This document shows, one piece after another, positions 39,101 through 54,100 of a DNA stretch of 55,925 nt (position 1 is its first letter; the number at the start of each line of letters is the position of its first letter). This DNA comes from Phoronis australis (taxonomy: Eukaryota > Animalia > Phoronida): contig NMRA01000048.1 of assembly GCA_002633005.1 (NCBI GenBank), forward strand, positions 1,046,483-1,102,407. The letters run 5' to 3'. The notes beneath the pieces were generated by a model. It searched no databases, had not been told where the DNA came from, and saw nothing but the letters and a program-made list of their open reading frames with translations. A program made the translations under genes and the position numbers.

Positions 39101-42100
39101 ATTCAAGATTTTTTGGCAAGCCTGATATACTTTACTCATCAGCACTCTGTTTCAAGCTAGGCGAGCAATTGTTATGGAGCAAGGAAATTCAAGAAAATGT
39201 CAAATAAGGTGGTGTATTACTAGGGAAAGATTGACCAAGGTTGGTCCAATTTAGCCAAGTACTATCTAGAACCACTACATTATTACTACCAGGAACTATA
39301 CGACTCTCTGTTACTCTGTTCACAATACTAAATCAGACACACTTTAACCCACAAAACACATTCTGTTCAATAAAATGATAATGTCAAGCTTTCAATATAT
39401 ATTACCGGGATAATTCAAAGTTTTAAATATTTACTTTGTCTATCTCTAACAAGCTAGTAGCAGTTTTTGTCAGGCGTGGGTGACAGGGTCCCCAATCATA
39501 AACTTGTAACTGATTAAAATGTCAAAAGGTTAATCCCCTGAATGATAAACCCGTAAAAGGATCTGCTGGCAACAACAGGTGTTTTAGACAAAATCTATAC
39601 ACCTTGCCTACAATACCCTTCAGTAATATTGCATGCATATAAACCAATACTTTCATATGGATCTGAAAAACCTGGGCAAAAAAGGACAGTAGATTTTAGC
39701 TCTTAAGCATAGACAACAGCAATTTAAAGACTAATCTGCACACCATTATGGCAGCTTTTGACCAACACGTGTTAAATAGTAGGGAGTTTTAGTCTGATGA
39801 AATATAAACCTTGCTTCCTAAAGATAATATCTTATCATCTAATCCTTATTAAGATGATTACACTTAATGTTCTATAATGTAATATGGAAATATATCTAGA
39901 TCCAAAAGAATGTGTGTAAGGTTATATTTTGACCCTGCAGACAGACTGCTTTGCTTTGTGTTGCCACATGAGTTTATACTGAACTTCCTTGCACTGTCAA
40001 ATTTCAATGGATGGCTAAACGGTGTGGAAAGATTAAACTGTGCAGAAGGATTAAATTGAAAAGCTTCCCAAAATTATTATTTTCAACACTCTATACTTGT
40101 TCCAACATGTTAAGCACAAGGCTATGTCTAGAAGATTCCACTTGAATGACTGGCTTATTTTGAAGTGACAACACCTGCCACCATTTAACAAAACTTTAGA
40201 ATAGATGCCAGATAAGAAGCAAATGGGATTTTTGTTCACTATCTTTGGCATCATGATGATAACCTGTACATAACAGTAATTAGTGCAAGGCTTGTAAGAC
40301 TTGAGGTGCTGGTTTTCCATGTGTGTTTATGCAAATCTATCCAACTTTTCTGTCCAGTTTGGAAACCTTCTGATAGTCTAATGTCTCAGGTAAGGTTATC
40401 ATAACTTGGTGTTGTACCTTATACCAGTTACTGCCTGTTCCCCAGGTTTGTGTTAGCGCAGATTTGAATACTTAGGAGCACTCCCCAGGTGTAATTCTTC
40501 ATAATATATAGTTACGGAAATGAACCCCCCCGATGTGCAGGGCATTATTCAGTATTATACAAGGAATCCACAGAACACAGTACCCTAGAAATCTATATAA
40601 ATAATACAGATTGGCAAGTCACGCAAATCCATCTTGTAACAAGCTGGATGAAGATGAAGACAGCAGACCTCAACATGGAAAACTGAAGAATTCAAAAATG
40701 AAGACAACTCAATAGTCATGTCCCGAATTCAACTATTTGCTGAGGAGCGCATTGTTTGCTTTACCACATTTTCAAAATGTCAGGCCACAAACGCACATTT
40801 CAGATGAGCCACACAAGATCACTACATCGTACTCCAGCAAGCTCATTAACATTTCTTTGGTGATCACACTGCTACTCACTTTAGGTTTTACACAAAGAAT
40901 AAAAAAAGGAATTGGAAAAGCAAACTTATGTAGGACCTTAAGACATGCATGTACATAAAGCCAAATATCTACCTAAGTATAGACTCAGCAAAGTGCATAC
41001 TTTCTGATAATTGAAATTCCATAGCAATTTATTTTGAAATTTATACCAATCTTTCACTAATTAGTTCAAGTGACCTAGCTTTTTCATAAACACTCAGGCA
41101 AAACTGGAACATTCCTGAGATACGATGTTCTGAACTTGGCCAAAATTGGATGTTCTAGGGTCCAATTTAGAAATAATACCCATGCAAAATAGCAGCAGCA
41201 GCAGCACAGAATAGTAATTAGGAAAGTGCCCTTTGGATACACAGTAATGCGAGTAAATACCGCAGAATGAAAGTGATATTGCTGTATTTTGAATGAGACT
41301 CTTCAAATGAGCACAGAAGTTTGATGGACATTCCTTAACACATAGCTTAACGAAAGGCAATAACAGGCAAATGGCAAATAAACTAGTTTGCAAGGAAACA
41401 AGGAAAGGCTAATGTGATATAAGGCCATGAATATGTTATGACAATCAATAATAATAGACTTGGAGCTAAGGTGTGTAACCATCAGAAATTTCTTGTATGA
41501 CACTAAATACTTTAATCACTTTAAGAATATCTAGAGATATTTTAGATAAGGAATGCAATTTGGAATTAGTGTTGAGTGAAATGAAATGTGAACTAATATG
41601 TGTAAACTCATATGTGTAAACTAATATGTGTAAACTAATATGTGTAAACTAATATGTGTAAACTAATATGTTAAATTAATATGTGTAAACTAATATGTGT
41701 AAACTAATATGTGTAAACTAATATGTGTAAACTAATATGTGTAAACTCACAGCAAAATGAAAATGCTTCGAGTATGAGATACAAGAATAGAATGCATACA
41801 TTTTATCAGGGATAAATGTTGGCAAACTTATCAGTAAGTTGACTATCTCACAGTGTCAATAAACATAAATCAATCATGACCTCCAGTTCAATAAGTTCTC
41901 TTACAGAGAGAAGCATTGTATCAATAATTGAATATGCTTGAAAAAAATAAATTGAAAAATAAAACAGCATCATCTAAATTTCATATTGCTGGTTGCCAAA
42001 ATGACCACTGGTCAACTCACAGTTTATTGGACAAAGACTCCACTCAAACCAGTGCATCCTATAATTACCTACTCAACTTAAATCAAGGAAGGTTGTAGGG

Positions 42101-45100
42101 TCTATTCACACACCTCCTCCAGCTGAATGGGATGAGAGCTATTGTGACTGTGCCCCATGCATCAGGTTTGAGTGGACAGGTAATACAATATTGGAAGTAC
42201 AATATAATGGGAAGATGGAGCAGGACAGCATTGTGTGTAGACAGGTAAATCAGAAGGTTGATTGTGTATAACAGCAGCACCTGCAGCCAGGTGAACACAG
42301 GTATGTATTGCTAGGGAGGGTCTGTGGGAGGGACTGTGAGTTCACAAGTCAAATGCCTGCAGTATCAACCGTGGTGTTAGAAGACGCATAAACCAGGTAA
42401 GGACAGCTGTTTGTGTAACATTCAGTAGGGGAGTAGATAGACTAACTGAGAAAGGTTTGGCTGTAGTGAGGTAGACATAGGATTGCAGAGAATGGTATTT
42501 TGCTTGGCATGCTATATATGTAATGGTTAGAACTTGTATACCGCACAAACCCAATTTACTTCAAAAGCTTTGAAATTTGAAACAGAACCAAAACCTTAAA
42601 AGCTTTTTACATGCTTTAAACAATAAATTAAAACAGTTGCAAATAAATTTGCGCTTCCTGTTTCAAAACCTACAAGCAAAATTAACAAAACCAAGGTCAT
42701 TCTGCCCTTAGTTTGCTCTAGTGAAGTTGAACACTGGAGGTGTGTAATTCATGACTAAATCCCCAGAAAAGTATACCGATGTAAAATGATAACATGAAAA
42801 AGTTTAGATAGTAAAATTTAACTAACCATAATCATTATTCTACATATATAAAAAATAAGTGCTTATAAATGGTGCAGGTTTTCAATGTGTGGTGCTACGT
42901 GATAAATGACAGCATTAGTAACAAAATACAGGAAAGCACTCCAAAGAGCGACACTCGGCAATATTGAATTTAATTAAGTCAGTTTTTGGCCACAATAAGA
43001 TTAAAAACCGGACGATCACCGCAAAAAAGTTCATGTTCAATTCAACATTTCGTCTTTTCATTAGACATCATCAGGATCATATTTACAACAATTTAGGACA
43101 ACAAATGCCAACATACAGCTCAGGTAACATCCATAGAGTGAAGTGAGAGATACATAGAATATAGTCAGAAGATGGTCATCACCATAGCTGCAGGGTCACT
43201 GTGCTCTGCATGTTATTCAGAGAATCAGTGGCATGCTGGTTCTGAATGGCCAATGACTCTTTAATGTACAGTAACTCCTTATTAGGTTCTCTGCAGATAA
43301 TACTAACAGAGTTGGCTTGGTGATTGTTGCTAACACAATGCCTATAGATGTTACTTTAATTGAATTTACAACGCAAGAGGTGAGGCTGATGTAAAAACCA
43401 AGAACATGAGCGACCACCATGACACAACATACAGGAAATGAAAACCAACAGAGAAGTCAACAAATCAGAAAATCTCGAGACCAGCAAGTCATAACGAGAA
43501 ACCAATGTCACATTCCAAATAGCACTTGAGAAGATATACTTACATACCAAATTTCAGAAGGTTCCCTTAAAGGATCACAGATCTAGAGCTCTGCAAGCGA
43601 TTACTCAAAAAATGACAATAACAGTGTCATTGCGAGTCCAAATTCACCTCAAAACAATAGCCTTTAAGCTTTTCACAAGACACACGATGCGCGAAAATTT
43701 CAGGCAAAAAACACCACATGTAACACAAGCATGACAGACCAACAAAAGAGCACCAAGGATAAAACCAGTCATCTGATCAGTACATTTCAAATCTCATCAG
43801 TACGACCTCTTGCAACTGATATCATCAGTACGTCCTCTTGCAACTGATATCATCAGTAAGTCCTCTTGCAACTGATATCATCAGCACGTCCTCTTGCAAC
43901 TGATATCATCAGTACGTCCACTTGCAACTGATATCATAAGTACGTCCCCTTGCAACTGATATCATCAGTACGTCCTCTTGCAACTGATTATAGACCCCAA
44001 GTTTTTGAGAGGAGCATGTTCTGTAAATTTCATGTCGATCCGACAAAAACGTGGCCTGCACCATGTATACAAAAAATAATTTCACGACAGAGTAACAGAC
44101 TTTGAAAAATTTTGTTTCGCAAATAATCAATACCAAAAACTGCCTTCTCCTGAGTGTATCGTTCTTTTTATCATTTTAGGTACGTCCTCCACTATTGATT
44201 CTTAATATGGGCACAGAGCTTCGCGACTTCTTTCAACGTGACGAGCTGACAGATGTCGCTCTTATCGTCGAGGGTCGCAAGCTGCACGCTCACAAACAGT
44301 ACCTTGCCGAATGGTCGCCCGTATGGAAGCGCATGTTTACTTCAGGCTTCCGTGAGAAACACGCTAAGGAGGTACCCTTACCAGGCAAGAGGCTATCCGA
44401 CGTAGTTGAAGTACTGCACTGTATCTACCCATCACAAAAGCCAATCACAGGTGATTTTTAACATTGCTACAAATCCCCAAATTTGAATGTCATCGAATGC
44501 TGTGAACTAATTCTCAAACTTACAAGAGAGTAACCACATTGCCTTGTAATGCATTCTAATTTCTATACATATATATCCTTCCTTTGACTTCTAGAATAAG
44601 ACTGCTTCATATATCCAGATCAAATTCACCTTCTGTTAATAATTGAAAGGCAATGCCTGAAGTAGATCATGTACTAGCCGTCTTGCATTATTTCAGAGAA
44701 GAACGTATCAATTCTACTAGAACTCTCTGATGAATATCAGATAGATGCGCTCAAGTCGAGATGCGAGGAATATCTCGCCACTCAGACCTCCTCCTTACAC
44801 ACGCTCATTTTGTCTCGCCGATACGGGCTGACGAAACTCGAGCACCGCTGCATAGAATACGCGAAAACGCGCACTATCGAGGACCTGGAAGCATGTGGTG
44901 AGTTCAAAGAACTTGACTCGAAGACCCAACTGGGCATTTACAGGGCAAAAATCGACATGATGCGCGACTACGCAACATATCTCCAGACGCGCGAGAAGGA
45001 GCTGACGAGGAAGGCTGATAAAGAGCAAGAGAAGAAACAGAGACTGGGGAACACATTAGACTATATCCAGCAACTGTGGGACACTCCTACCAAACGGTGC

Positions 45101-48100
45101 TACAAGCACATGGCAGTTGGGCCATTTGACTTTGGGTGCAGAGACTGTAATGAGAGGGTACAGCGAGAGGTTAAGAAACAATGCAGTATATATGAGCCAA
45201 GCTATGACAGGCTATCGAGAACCATCAGCATACTGTGAACGCACAATAAAGAACACCTTCAATGGTCAGACCAAAAAGACTGATGAATGCTCATACCAGT
45301 CTCGATTTACGAGCAGACTTAAAATTGAGCTTTTGGTCCGAGTTGGTTACGGTTCAATTCTCAACTTGGCGCTGAAGACTGATACATAAATGCAGCATAG
45401 CACTTCAATCTTTGGAAAAAGTAATCTGCTCTCATTGACAATTTCGAGGCAACACGTAGTTCACTTAAAATGCATGGCGTTATCTATGCCTTTTCATGAG
45501 CTTCTTGCAACTACGTAACACAGTCTAGCATCCTGGGAACATGTTAGTGGGTACTTCTGTGCCATTGATACACAGATGAAGTGTGTCAAGACCAGTGAAA
45601 AGACTCAGCAATCACTTCATTATGTGAACGTATCAAATTGTAATTGTTGAGAGTAATTCTTCACATGATTTAGCACACAGTATGGCCTTTGAAAAACGGA
45701 TTACAAAGAAAACAACAATTTTGGCAATTATTTTTGAGAGATATTAATGAACACTTACCGTAATCATTTTATTAACCAGGGCTAAACAAAGACATTCAGA
45801 TTTTTTGCATTAGTTTTAGTATAAACACGAATGATTGGTCCTGCTGGACTTGACTGGTCCTAACTAATAAGGCTTGCAATATTACGGCAATGGCACAATT
45901 GGTGTACTTTTGCAGCTTGCCTTCAGTTTTCATTTTCACTGTCAGAAAATATGGAACACAGTCTGGGTAGAATTCGAAAACGCTAGGACCTCGCTAAAAA
46001 GCAAGACTTTGCAAGATTACGCGAGATATTGCCGTGTATTTTAAATGAGAACAAGTGAACTTTGCTAGATATTAGCAAGGTCCTAGCGCAGGTCCTAGCG
46101 TTACTGAACTCTACCCTGGGCTACTTGTAAACATGGCTATATTAAGAAACCTGGCATCATCAACACCACCAAGAGATGTAACTGAAGGTAATGTATGACA
46201 ATGTCCACAAGTCTCTACATTTAGCCAAATATGTACAAAACCATAGAATTAAACTTGGCAAAAGTATGCATTTTCTGAAAATAAAATTCCATACAATTTG
46301 ATTTTTGACTTAAAACCAATCTGTCATAAATTAGGTCACGTGAGCATGCCTTTTTTAAAGCAAAATTTAGCAAAAAAAAGAAAGCTGCCTTCACATCAAA
46401 ACTCAAGGGTAAATTACATAAAATTACTTGTGATATCTGGGAAATGCACATCTAAAACACTTGGCAGCAAAAAATTAATAAAATCTAATTTTATGTGGGA
46501 AAAGGTGAAAGTTTGGTCTCAAGAACTTTTTCGTTATTTCAAACCACAGTCTCTCCATTGACCTTTGGGATAGACATGTAATTTCAACATCTAGTTGGAC
46601 AACAGCAACATTATACTTTGAGGTCCCCCACAATACAGGTTGCAAACATAGTTTACACAAGCCCCTGGAGGTGTAGTTAGTTTTCTGTAGCAGACCAACG
46701 GGACCCATAAAATAGCATGAAAGCCCATAAACTGAGTTACAGTAATTCTTTGCTTATTTTCCACAAACAATTGCCAATAATTGGAAATTTAACCAAATGC
46801 CATTTAAGGCAACTACACAGTACAAACTAATCCAGCTAAAGATTCACTTTTTCTTGATTCTTATTTTCGATGAGCAATTTGACAAAATAAAATTTCTATT
46901 ATACGCCATATTGAGTGGTGAATAGATGAAGACTTACAGTACTCAGGTATGCAGCATAATTGCAGACTTGCCACTGACTGTTACAAACATGATATAGAAA
47001 CTTACCTCTCTCACCCTCTCTTTTACTCCCAATTCATCAAAAGAGTGACTGCCATCTAAAGGGACAAATAAGATCCATCTGCACCATAATAATCAATAAA
47101 TAAAATAGTGTTGATGCAATCAAAAGCTTTGTTGACCCAAAAAACTATCTTACGAAAACTTTATTAACCACCAGGCTCTCACGAGCTAGGATAAACCAAA
47201 GGTTCACTCTTTGACTTGCAAAAGAACCAGGGCTGTGCTCTGTAGACGCAAGGATAATGAAAAAACACAAGATTAACGCAAGCCTTCCTCAGACACTGCC
47301 ATGCATTAAGAGAGCATGTGACCACAATAGCCGTTCTTGTCTGGCTCTACCAAATGCAGCCCAAGGTTGCTCATGCACACAGATTACATGTTCATTTTAT
47401 ACGTCTAACAAATAATGCTGACGAGATCACCCAGAACTGCACTTGTATCTTCGGTATGACCCAATAGAGGGTGCTAGGGTGGCTTAGTAATAATTACTTT
47501 GCATAACAGCCAACAGCATTTGATTCCCAATGTTTCAGATTACAATGAGGATACTGATTAAATGATTCAGCTATTATTGTCAGAGAATGCAAGCCCGAGC
47601 CCCCCCCAAGGGGTTTTTATGCAACCAGACCAAAGACCACAATTTGTTTTGATAATCCGTTTTAATTACCTTTTGGCCTCACAACTTTCAAGCAGACATA
47701 AATCTGACTTGGGCAGCACAGGGCAAACAATAAAATGGCCCACAGATGGCACTAGGGCAGCTCAGTCAGCACAGTGTAGACATGCAGAACTCCACAGCAA
47801 TTCGAACAAGTCATATATATCGCTTGATGAAGTTAGTTTACCCCAGTAACAACATTCTCAAGTTATGACCTTACTTTAGGAAGGGGATATCACTGGGAAC
47901 TGTGATCTACGACACATAAAGAAAAAGCTACAAAGTGACAATGCATTTACCAATACAAAAATTATAACCAAAGATTTACTCTGTCATGAAATAACTGTTT
48001 ATTCCATTTACAATGTTTTGTCTGGTTGTCTGCACTGCTGACTCTGCCGACAGCTAAAAGTTTCAGCAGGGTGTCACATGCTCATTCAAAAAAATATTCG

Positions 48101-51100
48101 TTAGTTTCCGTACAACGTCTTCAGGTACACAAATAAATATAAGCTTGTGCAACCGATTTCCCACGCAACACCATATTTTAGAACAAACTGAACAATTTAA
48201 GAGATCTCATCAACTTTGAGACTCAGCAGATGGCCATCGTTGTCATGGCAATCTTCTCTATCCCATCTCCCATTCATTCGAAATATAACCTCCAGAGTCT
48301 GTACATGCCAAAAATCCATGAAAGCTTAGTCCATTCTCTGCTTGGCTATAATTTCTCAGTTGCGCTGGAACTGAAATCAAACTTTTCACCAAGATTAGGT
48401 GCGAGTCAACGTAGAACTATTAGGTCACTCAACCAATCTTGAGCATATAAGTAAAGCAGAGATTTAAGATATATGCGTTTGCATGGTTTTATACTTAAGA
48501 AAAACATTTCTAGTGCCTGTAAGAAAAGACGAGTCAGATTTGGTGGGAGATTGGTTGCACAAGCTTGCATTGTTTTAAGTAGTAATGTGCACATTATGTT
48601 ATTCAAAAAAAAATAAGAACAATGTATTGAACGAGCTTGGGTGTTGTGCGCAGATTTGTACAGTTGTTTCTACTCATTTCAAGCACTGAATTGTGACCAC
48701 TGCTCACCTTCAAAATCATTATTGTTCTTTTCCATTGCACGATGCTTTCCTTTCTTTGGTTCTGAAAGTAAAACAACCAATTATGCCGTGTAAATGTGCA
48801 CCTTCAGTTACCACTGGTGTGACTGCTGGACATCAAGTTGGAGGACTTCATCCACACGTTATGGGATGTTTACCAGTTGAACCACAATGCACTAGAAAAA
48901 CGTAAAGTTTAGTGTACATAACATTTTAAAATAGGCTCATGAGTTTGACCAAACGTGAGTTTTGCACACATACGCATACACTTGAATTACAGACATGGAT
49001 AAAGCTTCACATGCAGGTATATGTGCCTCAACACGTGTCTACACAAACAATAGAACTGTTGCAACATAATTTCTTATCATCATGTGTATTCATGCAAGAC
49101 ATTATTGACATTGAGCTAGAAGTCATTTGTCCAATAAATGATGAGTGGAGTTGCCAGAGTAACTACAGTACATGCCAAAAATAATAGGACAGAAATCTGC
49201 TTCACACAACACAAAACGTGACTTCACATGATCAACTGGTGCCAAAACTTAGGCAATTGGCGCGGCAAAACGTTGCAACAGAGTACATTGAAAAAGGGCA
49301 ATAGCACAGAGCTAGAGCTAAACATTTGTACTCACCAGGTCGAATACCGAGGGACATACAAGCTGTCTGGGCGGCACTATGCTCTGCATCGGATTTGGTG
49401 TTGCAGAAATCTAGTGTAAGTAGTGCTTAGTTGTTAGTTAGTGATGTTTAACGACAGTTTGATAGTGGTTATGGGAAAACAATAAAGGGATTGGGCATCC
49501 CTTTCCCACGAACATTTTCTGAACAGAATAAAATACCAAACAGGTTAAGTACAAAGAATTTCAATAGGAAATACAGAGAATTATACACCCAACTGAATTA
49601 GTGAAAGACCACTGTTCACCACTAACTGCAATATTCAAATAATGAAATAGCACAGCACTCCTGTTCATTTTCGCAATTTTACATCAAAACCACATTGACA
49701 TTTCGTCATTCCAGTATAGTCATACTGTAACACAATGCCTTGCAATGCTGATACCAAAATGTGACAAGCCGAGTAGAGTGCAATACATTATTCTTTCCTA
49801 GTACATTTCACCACAGAACTGTATAGCCAGCTAACTATGTCAAAACTAGGCCAATCATGCAATGCATTTTCCTACCTATGCGAAAAAGGAGAGCTGTATT
49901 CAGCTCATGGCTATTAAATAGTTCTTGGATAAAGTTTCCTTGGAATTTCTTGACAAGCCAACGATTTTGAATAACATGGGAACTAATTTACACCAGTCAT
50001 TATATAAAAAAGAAATAAAAAAATGAGAAGCGCTTTTTTGACAACTCTCAACTGTATCAACTTCAAAATAGGGCAGCCTCAAAATGGCTTACCAGTAGAT
50101 CCAAAAACACGTTCTCGAGCAGTTACGATGCTAACAAAACCCTCCCTCGTCATCGTAGTCTCGTAAACCGGCTTCTCATTGAACTTTTGCAAAGCATTGT
50201 GAAGCAGGGCCTTATACGATAGAGCTGAAGTGGAACAATAGAGAAGCACGTGAACTGAGGTGGGCCCACCTGGCACGATATATACCCCCCGCCTCCACAG
50301 CAAAGCATACAGAGGGCAGTCAAGCTGAGTCTTGATAGACGAATTAACATGACGAAATTGCAATGCTGATGCTGAATTTTAAAACTGGCTAATTTAAATA
50401 TCAATTCTTGCATACATTACAATGCATTATTGGTTTGTGAACTCAGTTTTTAATAAAGCTGATTGGAAAAGAACCAACTGTTTCATCACTTTTAATGAAG
50501 AATCTATGACAGCCAATTACATATTCCTGATTAGTTTCCCATTGATAACATTATCCTTTGACTCTCGTCTGACTAACTTAACCAGTTTTAAGGCTTCCAA
50601 TGAATTACATGAAAATGAGTTATGAGGCAAATTTAAGTTGTTAGGACAGCTAATGGTATGAAACCAGCACTCACAATACAAACAAAAATTATCATAAAAT
50701 AATTGCAGTAACAGATGTGCGCAGGGTGCTCATGTGGGCCCATTGCACTGAGCACCTGGAACCACTTTTGTGCTTTATTAACATATAGTTAAAACCGAGT
50801 TGAGGAGGTAGAGACCTGACACAAGAACCTAGCAGTGTGCCCTATAGGGACTCAAACCCTTGAGTAAAGAAAGCAGCCACCTATTCCACTAGGACACTCT
50901 GCCTTCTCTTGACAACAATTATTAGAATACTGAATCCATTCAAGTTAGAAAACAACTTAGTCAAAAAAGAGGGACTGTGATAGCAGCAGTGCACAGCATA
51001 CAGTACTCTGAGAAAAAAGCTATGACTTTTAAGTTGATGCTCACTTCAGAAATCCTAGTATAGTTTCTGTAATACCATAACTCACTAAGACACTGCATTG

Positions 51101-54100
51101 TTAAATGGGTTGTCAGTTATTTTCTACAATGTTGTTTTCGGCATTGCTGAAAATGATTGAACATCTTGGGATTGACAGAGTGTTTTGTTGAATCCTGGCC
51201 AAGCTTTCACAGTGAATAATGTGACAACCACCCTCAATTTAAAAGACTGAGAGAGTATACAATAACTAGTGCAGGTTGACAATAATCCCTCCAAACAAAT
51301 CAAGGGCTGTTTATTATAACAAGAATGTTACACTTGAATAAATACAGGGAAAACAGTACTGTAATGTGCATTCCAATAGAAAATATAGATCCAAGAAAGA
51401 GTCTCGGAGTGATTTAAACAGCTGCGAGTATTTATGACTTACCGCTGGTCTCACTAGATAGGGACGTGACACCAGTCTTTACAATCCTTGATTCATCCTC
51501 TGGTGAATTATATTGCTTCTGGAAACGGGGTGGCACTTCAAAGTTGTCGCCAAACTTGGGAGATGAAGTGACCTTGTGAAATGGAGAGGTCATTAAATCT
51601 TCTGTCATGACGAACGCACGATAAGTTCATTTCGCAACACTGAGCATGAGATCAAAAAATGTCTGCCAACACGAAAACATAAACGTACGACAAAAGAGCG
51701 GTGCACCCAGCACGGTGAGGGTAGAACAAAAATGACCTGACAAGATGACCACACAGAGTAGACAGATTTTAGTTTCATTGATAGCTGCAACTAATTTAAA
51801 ATCACCTGAACAAAGTCAAGAGATTACAACTAACCTTCAAAGTAATGAAGCTAAGATAACAGTAGTCACAACGGGTAAAATCTAAAAAATCTGAGGTTGC
51901 CAATTCAAAAAGTTGAGGTTGCCAAAAAAATTTCAATCCCCAACATTTGATAGGAGTCTCATTTCAAGGCAATGTTCGAACTTTGACTTTAAATGGATTA
52001 ACAACACACTGCATTAGACACTAGTGGATGAAATCTGACTAGTCTTGAATTTTTCATTTCAAAATTGTCAACTTGATTGTCCGAAAACATAGCAAGTGGT
52101 AAAAAATTACGAAACCTGAGGTCACATTTGACAAATTAAGCTACTAAACTTTGAATCCATATTTGGTGAGTATCGTTTCCGGTTGAAGTCGCCTCTGGCT
52201 ATCAGAGGTTGCATTTTACAAGCTGACACTCACCAAATTGCAATGTATGATGTTACATAACTACAGATTAAGACATATGGCTTATACAGACGTAACGTTA
52301 CTAACAAATACAACGATTCACCGACAGATTGTGTTCAAGATGACTGCAGCAAAAATTTAACCCCAATCTAATATATCATTATTTAGTACTTTTGCAATTC
52401 TGACAAAAACATATTGTCACTGTAAACAAACTCACAAAATACCCACACTTTTTCTTACTTGTTTTATCGTCCTTTCAAACAATGGACTCCTCTTCACCTG
52501 TGCAGGCTGTCTCAAAGGAGGGCGTTTTTGCTCTGGCGAATGACTTGATGAGGCAACCTGGTTGTATGCAGGTCTCTTCTGTTGTGGCGTCCGAGGTCCA
52601 AACTTATTGAACGACGGCCTGTAGGGGGCACCACCTTTCTTAACAAAAGGCCGACGAGACATGTTGTACTACAAAAAAAAAGAAGATAAATACAGTGCAA
52701 TTAAAGCTCCTTACAGGTCATTCTCATCAAGAAAACTAATTTTAATAACTTAAAAGGATACTAAACCCTGTTTTGAAGATTTCCACCAATACTCGTTCTG
52801 TCACCTACTATAGGCATCAACCCTCCAAGTTAAAGGCAGGAATCAACTAAACATTAATACTCCCTATGTCACAGATTAGACATTGTGGTCCTTGGTGGGT
52901 GATCTTTCCCACAGTTGCTGTGTAACTCAGTAAAACCATAGTTCACACTTGCGCCCGTTTAGCAGAGTTTGAAGAGTTTCCAAATTTTCATCCCAACTTT
53001 TGAGGGTTGACGAGGTTTTGTTTTGGAGAACAGGGTGGTAAAGCTGTTTTCAATATCTGTTAACAGGCCAAAAAGCGGTTGGTATCCTTTTCAAAGCGAC
53101 ATGGTATCGAACCCACAAACTTCTAACACTCTACTGACCCAAATCCCACGTGTTTAATACCGATAAGTATTTTAAGCATACAGTGCAGACACTGGCATTG
53201 ATTTCAGTGAATATCTGGCAGACAACAACGAGAATTGTTGATTTATAATAACATTACAAAAACATAACAGATGCTGCTTTTTATAACTCTGACCAAAGAT
53301 AATAACTTCATGAAGTCTATCTCACTCAACAACAATCCAAAAAATTGTACTTTTTGGATGCAAAAATAATAATGCCCCTTTTAAGATGTGATGCATGAAG
53401 TTGGACTGGTCCAGTCAATCAATTAAACCATTTTCAACAATTGCACCTTGGTCAGATATCGTGCGATGCTTAACCAATCCCCAAATTAAGTTCCATCCCT
53501 ATACTTGGTATGATTTGGTTGATTGTTTATTGCAACAATTTCACCGATTGTTAGTTTTGAGGTTGACATTCAGCCAGCGATTCCAATAATCTCCCGACAA
53601 TCGTATGACTGACGGCATATAAGACCTGAATTCAGCTACATACTCATCAGATTGTCGTCCGAAGCTTGACGAGACTTAGGCATTAAACTCACCAAGCTTG
53701 ATTTGTCTGAGGCATTAAACTCACCAAGCTTGATTTGACCGAGGTATTAAACTCACCAAGCTTGATGTGACCAAGGCATTAAACTCACCAAGTTTGATTT
53801 GACCGAGGTATTAAATAACCAAGCTTGATATGACCGAGGCATTAAACTCACAAAGCTGGTTTGTTCTTGAAGTAAGAATTGGAGTTTACAAACAAAATAT
53901 CTCAGAGGCCCATTGCCTACAGGACTATAAAACATATTTTCCTAACTAGTACCCCGACTGGTTTGCCCCGTTTCTTTTTGCCCTTCTGGCAGGCTATCAT
54001 TCTTTGCAGGCCCTTGGTGGTCTCATCAGCTACAGCAAAATAACATGTGTCGCCCGTGTCTTTATGCCTGGAAAATGCGCAATGAGATGCAGTTCACATT

